Shown one piece after another: positions 1-6,834 of a stretch of 64,000 nucleotides of DNA (positions within the stretch are counted from its first letter, which is position 1; each line of letters starts with the position of its first letter). The stretch lies in NCBI GenBank assembly GCA_965226495.1, contig OZ245365.1, positions 185,403-249,402 of the forward strand, given 5' to 3'. A model generated the notes under the pieces. That model had not been told where the DNA came from. It did no database searches and saw only the letters and a list, made by a program, of their open reading frames with translations. The stretch comes from Candidatus Marinacidobacterales bacterium (GTDB lineage Bacteria; Acidobacteriota; Vicinamibacteria; Marinacidobacterales; DATDRI01). Made by a program: the position numbers and the translations under genes.

Positions 1-1446
1 GATGGGCTTGGTCTTGCTCTCGAAATCGATGTGCTCGAGGGTGATCCAATCGGCGATGTGCTCGGGGGCATCTTTCTGATAGAAGGCTTTGCCTTCGATG
101 CCGTCCGGGTAGCGGAGCATGTGAACCGGGCGTTCGTGAAGGTAGGGCACGATGAGATCGGCGACCTTGTCGTAATAGTTGATGAGATCGCCCTTGGTGA
201 ACCCTTCCTTGGGCCAGTAGACCTTCTCCAAGTTGCTGAACTTGATTTTGTTTCGCGTCTTTTGGGGCGTAGCCTGCTTGAGCGCTTCGAGGAGATCCCT
301 CTCCTTTGCATCGTCGGCGGGACGGGCGGGGATCTCACGCCAAGAGGCCGATAGGCCGGAGGCGTAGTTTCCGGACGCCTCCTTGGCCACCACCGCGGGG
401 AGGCCGGCAGTCGACGTCACCTCGACGAGATCTTCACCTCGACCCTGGACGTGGTCGACGTACAAAACGTCAGAGAGCGGAGGCAGCACCGCGGCGAGGA
501 TTTTCTTTCTTTCCACAAGAGGTAGTTCCTGGACATTCCAATCATCGTAATGGAGCAGATCGAAGGCGTAGAAAGAGACGGCGCTGTTTCCACCATCCCT
601 AAGCTGTCGTTCCAATATCCCCTTGGAAGGGCGGCGGGCTTCATCGAGGGAGACTAGGACCCCATCAAGGGAAGCGTTTTCCGCTCGGAGCTGGGTGGCC
701 TGTTCCACGAGCGCAGGGAGCTTCCTGGCTAGATCGCTTCCATCGGGAGTGAGTATCTGAACCGTATCCCCATGCTTCATGAACATCGCGCGCTGGCCCC
801 GGAATTTCATTTCGAAGAGCCAACCAGGGTCGGAGAACGGTTGGGAAGGTTCGCCGATCTCCATGGGTGGAACGTACTGCGGAGCGGGAGCTTCCGCGGC
901 ACGAGTCAGGTCAAAGAACGGGGCGGGGTCGTCTTCCGTTCTTGCATAGCGGTCCTTGGCCTTGAAGATGAGCCATTCATCTTTGCCCGACTTGGTTCGG
1001 ACGAGATGCCACTCTCCGCGGAGTTTTTTCCCGAAAAGGGTCAACTCCAGCTTGCCATCTTGGGCACCTTGGCTTCCATCTTTGTCCTTCGGGATTTGGT
1101 AGCGGCCGCGATCCCAGATCGTCATCGTTCCCGCGCCGTAGGCGTCCTTTGGGATGACTCCGCTGAAGTGCTCGTACTCGAGCGGATGATCTTCGGTCCG
1201 GACGGCTAGTCGCTTGACCGAAGGTTCGTAGGAGAAGCCGCGTGGCACCGCCCAGGACTTGAGCACGCCGTCCATCTCGAGTCGGAGGTCGTAATGGAGT
1301 CTTCGCGCTTCGTGTCGGTGGACTACGAAGGCGGGCGCGCCCGGTCTTAACGTGGGTTCGCCGGGAGGCGGCTCGGGCGTTCTCTTGAAATCACGTTTTT
1401 CGCGGTACTCATCGATCGATCTCGACTTCGACTTTCGCTTCGCCAT
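1..1446 (-). CDS. ligD: LigD-like multidomain NHEJ protein (3'-phosphoesterase + degenerate ligase core + primase/polymerase start); the C-terminus runs off the window start
   Basis: Absent from the ORF track because it is open at the window edge. My translation from the ATG (revcomp of 1444-1446) stays open for all 482 codons. It reads MAKRKSKSRSIDEYREKRDFKRTPEP...FVVHRHEARRLHYDLRLEMDGVLKSWAVPRG (LigD PE-domain signature). Next come ...PGWLFEMKFRGQR...FYAFDLLHYDD...PLVERKKIL...AVVAKEASGNY (ligase nucleotidyltransferase-like motifs). Last comes KFSNLEKVYWPKEGFTKGDLINYYDKVADLIVPYLHERPVHMLRYPDG (LigD polymerase-domain start). Confidence 0.8.
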   Translation of the reverse strand, partial: MAKRKSKSRSIDEYREKRDFKRTPEPPPGEPTLRPGAPAFVVHRHEARRLHYDLRLEMDGVLKSWAVPRGFSYEPSVKRLAVRTEDHPLEYEHFSGVIPKDAYGAGTMTIWDRGRYQIPKDKDGSQGAQDGKLELTLFGKKLRGEWHLVRTKSGKDEWLIFKAKDRYARTEDDPAPFFDLTRAAEAPAPQYVPPMEIGEPSQPFSDPGWLFEMKFRGQRAMFMKHGDTVQILTPDGSDLARKLPALVEQATQLRAENASLDGVLVSLDEARRPSKGILERQLRDGGNSAVSFYAFDLLHYDDWNVQELPLVERKKILAAVLPPLSDVLYVDHVQGRGEDLVEVTSTAGLPAVVAKEASGNYASGLSASWREIPARPADDAKERDLLEALKQATPQKTRNKIKFSNLEKVYWPKEGFTKGDLINYYDKVADLIVPYLHERPVHMLRYPDGIEGKAFYQKDAPEHIADWITLEHIDFESKTKPI

Positions 1447-1548
1447 GGTTTCCGACCAAGCCCATTCAGGAATGTCCAACAATCTAACAGGCGAAGGGCC
1501 GCTCGTGCCAGCGGACGCTTTAGGAAAGAAAGAGGAAAGAGGAAGCGA

Positions 1549-2391
1549 CTACTGGTCTTGCTGCGGTTGGTCTTCCTGTTGCTGAGGGGCGTTCGGATCG
1601 GTCGGTACCGGAATGGGACGCCCGAACTGATCGGTGAACGGGTAATAAGCAGGTGGTGCTGGCCTTTTGGTCGGAGGTGAGCCCGACTCCTCCTGCTGCG
1701 TGCCGCTCCCGGTCTGCGCGCCAAAGGGGGACGATTCGAGCCCCGGCGTGAAAGAGCTGCGAGGGAAGGCCGGAGGTGGCGGTAAGTAGCCCGGGTCAGC
1801 GGCGGGCGCCGGCGCCTCGTTCTGGAAGTCTCCCTCGGCGTCTTCGGCATCCTCCATCTGTTCAAAATCGTTCATGTCGGAGGGGTCATCCAGTTCCTCG
1901 TCCGGCTCGTCGTCGTAATCGTCTTCTGCCTGTGCGGGCGGTGCGGGCCTTCTCCGAGGTGGTCGGGCGCTTCGTCTATTTTGGGGATTCTGGCCGGGCT
2001 GGCTAGAAGCAACTGCACCACCACCTTCTCCGATGAAGATCTTATCGACTCGCTGCCAATCCTCGCGGTCGAACATCATCGCGTAGTTGACACCCGCCCC
2101 AGCTAGTAATCGCTCCAAGGCTTGGTTGACAGGCTGTGCTTCGATGTCGGCGGTAAGGCGCTTCGATTTGACCGGATCTTCGAGAAATAGCTCCAAGCCG
2201 GTCTCCGACTTTATCTGTTCGAAGACCTGCTCCAGCGTGGCGTCGCTACAGCGGATGGTGATGAGACCCCCATGGTAGGAAACCGACGTGGACTGCGAGT
2301 GGGCGTTCGGGGCGGTGAAGGCGAGTATCGCCATGGGCATCATCAACAGGCCCGCCAGCCAGCTTTTCGAGACCGTGTTTCGATTTTCCAC
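1549..2391 (-). CDS. secreted protein with an STN/secretin-N-like domain and a Pro/Asp/Glu-rich tail
   Basis: 280-aa ORF. The N-terminus LAGLLMMPMAILAFTAPNAHSQ is signal-peptide-like. ITIRCSDATLEQVFEQIKSETGLELFLEDP...QPVNQALERLLAGAGVNYAMMF resembles the short STN fold. The C-terminal ~150 aa are low-complexity P/D/E/Q-rich. Confidence 0.5.
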   Translation of the reverse strand: MENRNTVSKSWLAGLLMMPMAILAFTAPNAHSQSTSVSYHGGLITIRCSDATLEQVFEQIKSETGLELFLEDPVKSKRLTADIEAQPVNQALERLLAGAGVNYAMMFDREDWQRVDKIFIGEGGGAVASSQPGQNPQNRRSARPPRRRPAPPAQAEDDYDDEPDEELDDPSDMNDFEQMEDAEDAEGDFQNEAPAPAADPGYLPPPPAFPRSSFTPGLESSPFGAQTGSGTQQEESGSPPTKRPAPPAYYPFTDQFGRPIPVPTDPNAPQQQEDQPQQDQ

Positions 2392-2470
2392 CGAGGTTAT
2401 ACCTCGTCCTAAGTTAGCATCGTGGCTTCCTCGCTGTCAAAGCGCAAAATGTGCAGGAGCGCCTCGGGAA

Positions 2471-3580
2471 TCAGACACAAGCTCGATAGACCTCGAGAGT
2501 CCTCCGGGCCGTTTCCTCCCAGCTGAACTGCTTGGCGCGCTCCAGCCCCTTCTGGCGTAAGCCCGCGGCCTGGTCGGTGTCGGTCAAGACGGCTTCGAGG
2601 GTTGAGGCGATGGAGTCCTCGTCCTCGGGCTCTACCCAAGCCACCGCATCTCTGCCCACCTCGGGGAGTGCTCCCCGTCTCGAAGTCACGACCGGCGTAC
2701 CGCAGGCCATCGACTCGAGCACGGGTATCCCGAAGCCTTCTACCAGAGACGGGAAGGCGAAGAGCTCGGCCAAATTGTAGAAAGCGGGCAGATCTTCGTC
2801 CGGAACCGAGCTCAGTATGCGCACGCCCGCATCCTCCGATTTTCCCATTTCCTCGTCGATCGCTTCGAATTGGAAGTCCTTCTTCCCGATAAGAATCAAT
2901 TCGAGGGACGGCTCGACCTTTTCTCGAACCCGACGGAACGCACGGATCAGACGCACGAGGTTCTTTCGAGGCTCGATCCTCCCGACGTCGAGTATGAAGG
3001 GCCGTTGCAATTGGTAGCGTGTCTTGACGCGCGCGATGGCTTCCTCTTCATTGCCAAGGACCCGGAAACGATCGTGGTCCACAGCGTTTGGTATGGCCAC
3101 GACTTTTTCCTCGGGAAGGTCGTATTGCTCCAGGATCGCGCGTCGCGAGAACTCCGACACCGTGAGCACACGCCTCGCTCGACGTGCCGAGTGCCGGATC
3201 AGCGCTATCGACGTTCGCGAGAAAGCTCCGACGAAGAGCTCGGGGTGAGTTTCGAACAAAACGTCGTGTATGGTAACGATCTCGGGGACTGCGGAAACCG
3301 GCGGGCAGATGTACTGCGAGTGAAAGAGCGACAAGCGGTCGCGTAGTTCTAGTGCCGGGACTACGATCGGAAGACGAAGCCGCGCCGAAGCGGGGAAGAC
3401 GCGACGGTGCGTCACGCCCGGGGTGTCCAGGAGCTGCTCGGTTTCTTCGGGGTCAAAGCTGTAGACCAGGAGCTCTTCGTCCGTAGCGATCCGAGAGAGC
3501 TCTCGAATGAGGCTCAGGAGGTAAGTGCGGCTTCCCTGGGGCTTGCCGTTGAGGTGGTGGGCGTCGATGCCGATCCGCAC
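2471..3580 (-). CDS. GT4-family glycosyltransferase
   Basis: 369-aa ORF. The C-terminal half carries the GT4/GT-B motif PSLVEGFGIPVLESMACGTPVVTSRRGALPEV. Confidence 0.85.
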   Translation of the reverse strand: MRIGIDAHHLNGKPQGSRTYLLSLIRELSRIATDEELLVYSFDPEETEQLLDTPGVTHRRVFPASARLRLPIVVPALELRDRLSLFHSQYICPPVSAVPEIVTIHDVLFETHPELFVGAFSRTSIALIRHSARRARRVLTVSEFSRRAILEQYDLPEEKVVAIPNAVDHDRFRVLGNEEEAIARVKTRYQLQRPFILDVGRIEPRKNLVRLIRAFRRVREKVEPSLELILIGKKDFQFEAIDEEMGKSEDAGVRILSSVPDEDLPAFYNLAELFAFPSLVEGFGIPVLESMACGTPVVTSRRGALPEVGRDAVAWVEPEDEDSIASTLEAVLTDTDQAAGLRQKGLERAKQFSWEETARRTLEVYRACV

Positions 3581-3595
3581 CGGGCAGTCCTGCCT

Positions 3596-4354
3596 TTAAG
3601 GTTGCCGCGGGGCAGGAGAACGTGGGTTGTTCCCGCCCGGATTCTGACGCCAGCCCGGCCCACGATTCCCGGGTTGCCCAGGCTGCTGTTGACCAGGGCG
3701 GCCGCCCGGCTGCCTCGCTCCCCCGGGGTTTTGTTGTCCCGGATCCCTCGCCGCAACGTAGATGAACAGCCACTCGTTGTATTTTTCTCCCGAGCCCATC
3801 GTCCGCAAGAACAGTTCTTCCTTCTTCCCGGGTTTCCGAATGGCTTCTTCTTCGCTCGTGCTCGAGACCCCGATGATTCCGCCGAGCGCTTGCCCGGTCA
3901 TGCTTCGCTGGCCGAGACCGCTCGACTGGCCGAGGGTCCGTTGAGGTAACTCAGACCGACCGCCGGCTCTCTGGCGCTGAACGCCGCCGGGGGTGGTGAT
4001 TCCTCTCATCTCGGGAGAGTTCTGTCGAAGGATTTTCCACTCGCCGTCTTCGCTCATCGGATCTTCGTATGCTTGGCGGAGGAACTTGTCCTTTACCAGA
4101 GCCTCCACCTTGGACGGGAAAGCTCCTGGATATTTTCTTTGGTACCGCTCGATGGCCCGGACGTACTGCTTGCCTCGCCAGAGAAGCTCCTCTTCCCGTT
4201 CTCGTTGGTTCACATGCTCCCAGACGGGGACCGCCGCCGCCATGAAGATGCCCATGATGACGAGACCGATGGCGATAGCCAGCAGGACGTAGCCGCGGTC
4301 ATTACTATCGAGGGAAGATCGCAGAGGGGCGTGTGATCGGAAAGAGGGAGTCAT
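3596..4354 (-). CDS. pseudopilin-like protein with a degenerate prepilin N-terminus
   Basis: RGYVLLAIAIGLVIMGIFMAAAVPVWEHV is a hydrophobic pilin-type N-terminal helix but lacks Glu at +5. It is followed by GspG-like YQRKYPGAFPSKVEALVKDKFLRQAYEDPM and a Gly/Pro/Gln-rich tail. The stop overlaps the upstream gene by 4 nt. Confidence 0.5.
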   Translation of the reverse strand: MTPSFRSHAPLRSSLDSNDRGYVLLAIAIGLVIMGIFMAAAVPVWEHVNQREREEELLWRGKQYVRAIERYQRKYPGAFPSKVEALVKDKFLRQAYEDPMSEDGEWKILRQNSPEMRGITTPGGVQRQRAGGRSELPQRTLGQSSGLGQRSMTGQALGGIIGVSSTSEEEAIRKPGKKEELFLRTMGSGEKYNEWLFIYVAARDPGQQNPGGARQPGGRPGQQQPGQPGNRGPGWRQNPGGNNPRSPAPRQP

Positions 4355-4983
4355 TGTTCGATCGCGGCTTCGCCGGGATTGCCGCCCGCCTTTCGGTAGA
4401 GATCCAAAACCCGACGGACGTAGTTTTTCGTCTCCTTGTAGGGAGGGATGCCACCATGGCGGGAGACCGCGGTCGGACCCGCGTTATAGGCGGCAAGTGC
4501 CAATGACAGGTCGCGATGACCATCGATCTGTTGCTTCAAGTACCGAGCTCCCCCATCGACGTTCTGAGTCGGATCCATGACGTCGACGACACCCAGACTA
4601 CGAGCGGTCTCCGGCATCAGCTGCATGAGGCCTTTGGCTCCCTTACGCGAGACGGCGTTCGGGTCGCCGCTCGATTCGACCCAGATGACCGCTGCCACCA
4701 GGCGCGAGTCCAGTCCGTACTTTTCGGCCGCCGGCTCGATGACCGGCGCGAGTTGGGGAAGCAAGGGGAGGGCGGCAAGCGCGGGCTCAGGAGCGATCTC
4801 ATTGGGGACGATGTTGGCAACGAGCTCCGGGTCTACCGTGACCTCACCGCCACCGGTGAGAAATAACGTGATGAGCTCGTCCTCACGGTGGTAACGGTCG
4901 ATGTACAGAATCTTTCCGCTCGCCATGACCGCGATCTCGGCGGTGGCGTTCGTTACTGCCGCCAGAGAGACAGCGAGCAGCAT
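4351..4983 (-). CDS. soluble lytic transglycosylase (SLT domain)
   Basis: Motifs VIWVESSGDPNAVSRKGAKGLMQLMP and AAYNAGPTAV are present. I place the start at the ATG at 4983 (MLLAVSLAAVTNATAE, signal-like) rather than the ORF-track start at 5073. The extra 30 codons are the translation of a REP-like palindrome at 5011-5047. Confidence 0.85.
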   Translation of the reverse strand: MLLAVSLAAVTNATAEIAVMASGKILYIDRYHREDELITLFLTGGGEVTVDPELVANIVPNEIAPEPALAALPLLPQLAPVIEPAAEKYGLDSRLVAAVIWVESSGDPNAVSRKGAKGLMQLMPETARSLGVVDVMDPTQNVDGGARYLKQQIDGHRDLSLALAAYNAGPTAVSRHGGIPPYKETKNYVRRVLDLYRKAGGNPGEAAIEQ

Positions 4984-5010
4984 AAATAAGGTTGGCCTCC
5001 TTCCTTTACT

Positions 5011-5047
5011 CCCTCTCCCTTTGGGAGAGGGTGGGGTGAGGGCGGGG
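5011..5047 (-). repeat. REP-like GC-rich palindromic element, copy 1
   Basis: ccctctccc-ttt-gggagaggg is a perfect 9-bp hairpin, followed by tggggtgagggcgggg. The reverse complement matches the element at 20860-20892 (CCCTCACCC-N2-3-CCCTCTCCCAAAGGGAGAGGG). Confidence 0.7.
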
Positions 5048-5078
5048 GGAAGAATCGTGAGCCGCACGTTCACTGCCG

Positions 5079-5594
5079 CTACTCGTCCCTATTTCCTTCG
5101 AAGGCCACGTCGACGGTGGTGCAAACCTCTCCGGTAGGGTCCTCGTTCTTACGAATGTCGTTGACGCTGTTGATGAGTCCGCCACGGACTATATTCCGGC
5201 CCTCGAAACGGCCGGAGATGGTATAGCTCCCGGCGTGGATTATCTTCTTGTCCTTGTTCTCCCAGTCCACGGTGGTGAGGAAGGCGTTGTCAACGACGCG
5301 CGCTTCGAATCCGTCGAAGGTCACTCGCCAACGACCGTTGGTGCACTCGTGGTGAATGTTGATGCGGCCGTTCACGACGCGTCCGCCGCTGGTCACGTCG
5401 AAGGCGATGCGTCGTCCTTGTGTCGAGGATGTTTCCCAGTGGCCGGCGATGTTGAAGTCGCTCGCGCGTGGAGGAGGTACCGGCCCTGGGGCCGCGGGGA
5501 GAGGCGTATTGAGGTCGTCGCAAGAAGTGAAGCTCACCAACAACAGGCAAACGAGAAGCGCGGAAGGTTTCATCTTAGCTCGCCGTGTATCCAC
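5079..5594 (-). CDS. lipoprotein of unknown function
   Basis: 171-aa ORF. The N-terminus MKPSALLVCLLLVSFTSCDD has a lipobox-like FTSC. Confidence 0.5.
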   Translation of the reverse strand: MDTRRAKMKPSALLVCLLLVSFTSCDDLNTPLPAAPGPVPPPRASDFNIAGHWETSSTQGRRIAFDVTSGGRVVNGRINIHHECTNGRWRVTFDGFEARVVDNAFLTTVDWENKDKKIIHAGSYTISGRFEGRNIVRGGLINSVNDIRKNEDPTGEVCTTVDVAFEGNRDE

Positions 5595-6834
5595 CAGCGA
5601 GGCTGCCTGTGCCCCCGTCGGGATTGATCACGGTCACGGAGAACGAAGTTCCCGCTGCCACTGTAATGTCGACCGTGATGGTGACCGATAGCTGGGTGCT
5701 CGACCCGAAGATCACGCTATTGACGACGATCCCACCTGGCGAGAAGCCGACGGTGGCGCCGTTTTGAAAGTCGGTCCCGTTAATCGTGAGGTTGACGGTG
5801 ACCGGATCGCGGGCGCCACTGGAGGGTGGTGAGACCGAAGTGATCTGCGGTGAAGGCGCTGCTCCCGGGGTGATGACCAAGAAGGCATCACTCAGGCTGC
5901 CGCTCGAGCCGTCGGGGTTCGTCACGGTGACCGTACGGCCTTGAGTCTCGACGCGAGCGTTCTGATCGATGGTGATGCTCACGCGCAGCTCAGTGCTGCT
6001 GATGTAGTTGACGTTGTTGATGGCGATGCCCTGACCGAAGCTGACCGAACCCCCGGGCAGGAAGTTCGAGCCGGTGATCGTGACGTTGAGCGTGTCACCC
6101 GGCGCGCCCGAGCTCGGGAAGACGGAGCTTACGATCGGGTTGAGGACCGTCCCGCGCGAGACCGTCGTGCTCCCGGTCACCGTACCGGAGGTGGCGGTCA
6201 CGGTGGCGGAGGACTCGTTCTCCAAGGTCAGCCGATCGGACGTCTGGCCGAGCTCGTTGGTCCGTAGGATGGACGACTCGGAAGCCAGGTTACCCGCGGT
6301 CGTGCTGAAGACGAGGGGCACGTCCGACAAGGCGTTGTTGTCGTTATCGAAAACGGTGGCCACGATCCGCGACGTGAAGTCCGGCGGTCCCACGGTAGCC
6401 GGGTTGGCGGTGACCAGGATGTTGATGCCTGTCGCATTGCCGATAAGCACCGGGTTGGCCAGGGTGGCGGTGATTCCCGCCCCCGAGCGAGCTTCGACCG
6501 TGGCGAGGCCGGCTCGGCCATTGCTCCTTAGAAAGCCGCGCGCCACACCGTTTTGTATATCCACGCGCTCTTCGATGAGGCCGACGTTGGTGGTGAAGAA
6601 GATCTGCGTTCCATCGGGGAGCGTGCCGCCGCCGTCGTCGGCGCTCTTGAAGCCGGTAACGGTGATGGTGGAGACCCCGTTCAAGGCCGGAATGGCGGAG
6701 GGGTTGGCGGAGATCGAGAGCTCCGAGCCCGCGGTAGCGGTCAGGGGCACGCTGTCACAGCGAATCAGTGAAACCAATGCCACGACCATGGTAATGAGAG
6801 AACCAGCGAAGAGAGTACGGCGGGTGTTTCTCAT
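5575..6834 (-). CDS. secreted multi-Ig protein (Big-like repeats + two IPT/TIG-like repeats)
   Basis: It has a signal-anchor-like N-terminus. Three ~90-aa Big-like units are followed by two units of the type PxI(T/S)SVxPxSGxxGxxxxVTIxGxxFxxGxxVxF. Its start overlaps the secretin stop by 4 nt. Confidence 0.7.
   Translation of the reverse strand: MRNTRRTLFAGSLITMVVALVSLIRCDSVPLTATAGSELSISANPSAIPALNGVSTITVTGFKSADDGGGTLPDGTQIFFTTNVGLIEERVDIQNGVARGFLRSNGRAGLATVEARSGAGITATLANPVLIGNATGINILVTANPATVGPPDFTSRIVATVFDNDNNALSDVPLVFSTTAGNLASESSILRTNELGQTSDRLTLENESSATVTATSGTVTGSTTVSRGTVLNPIVSSVFPSSGAPGDTLNVTITGSNFLPGGSVSFGQGIAINNVNYISSTELRVSITIDQNARVETQGRTVTVTNPDGSSGSLSDAFLVITPGAAPSPQITSVSPPSSGARDPVTVNLTINGTDFQNGATVGFSPGGIVVNSVIFGSSTQLSVTITVDITVAAGTSFSVTVINPDGGTGSLAGGYTAS

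Noticed and set aside
31-1209. Plus-strand ORFs 31-354 and 772-1209 and minus-strand ORF 417-644 at the window start.
   Set aside because: The whole of 1-1446 is covered by an uninterrupted minus-strand LigD-like frame with strong motifs. The listed ORFs are alternative-frame artefacts.
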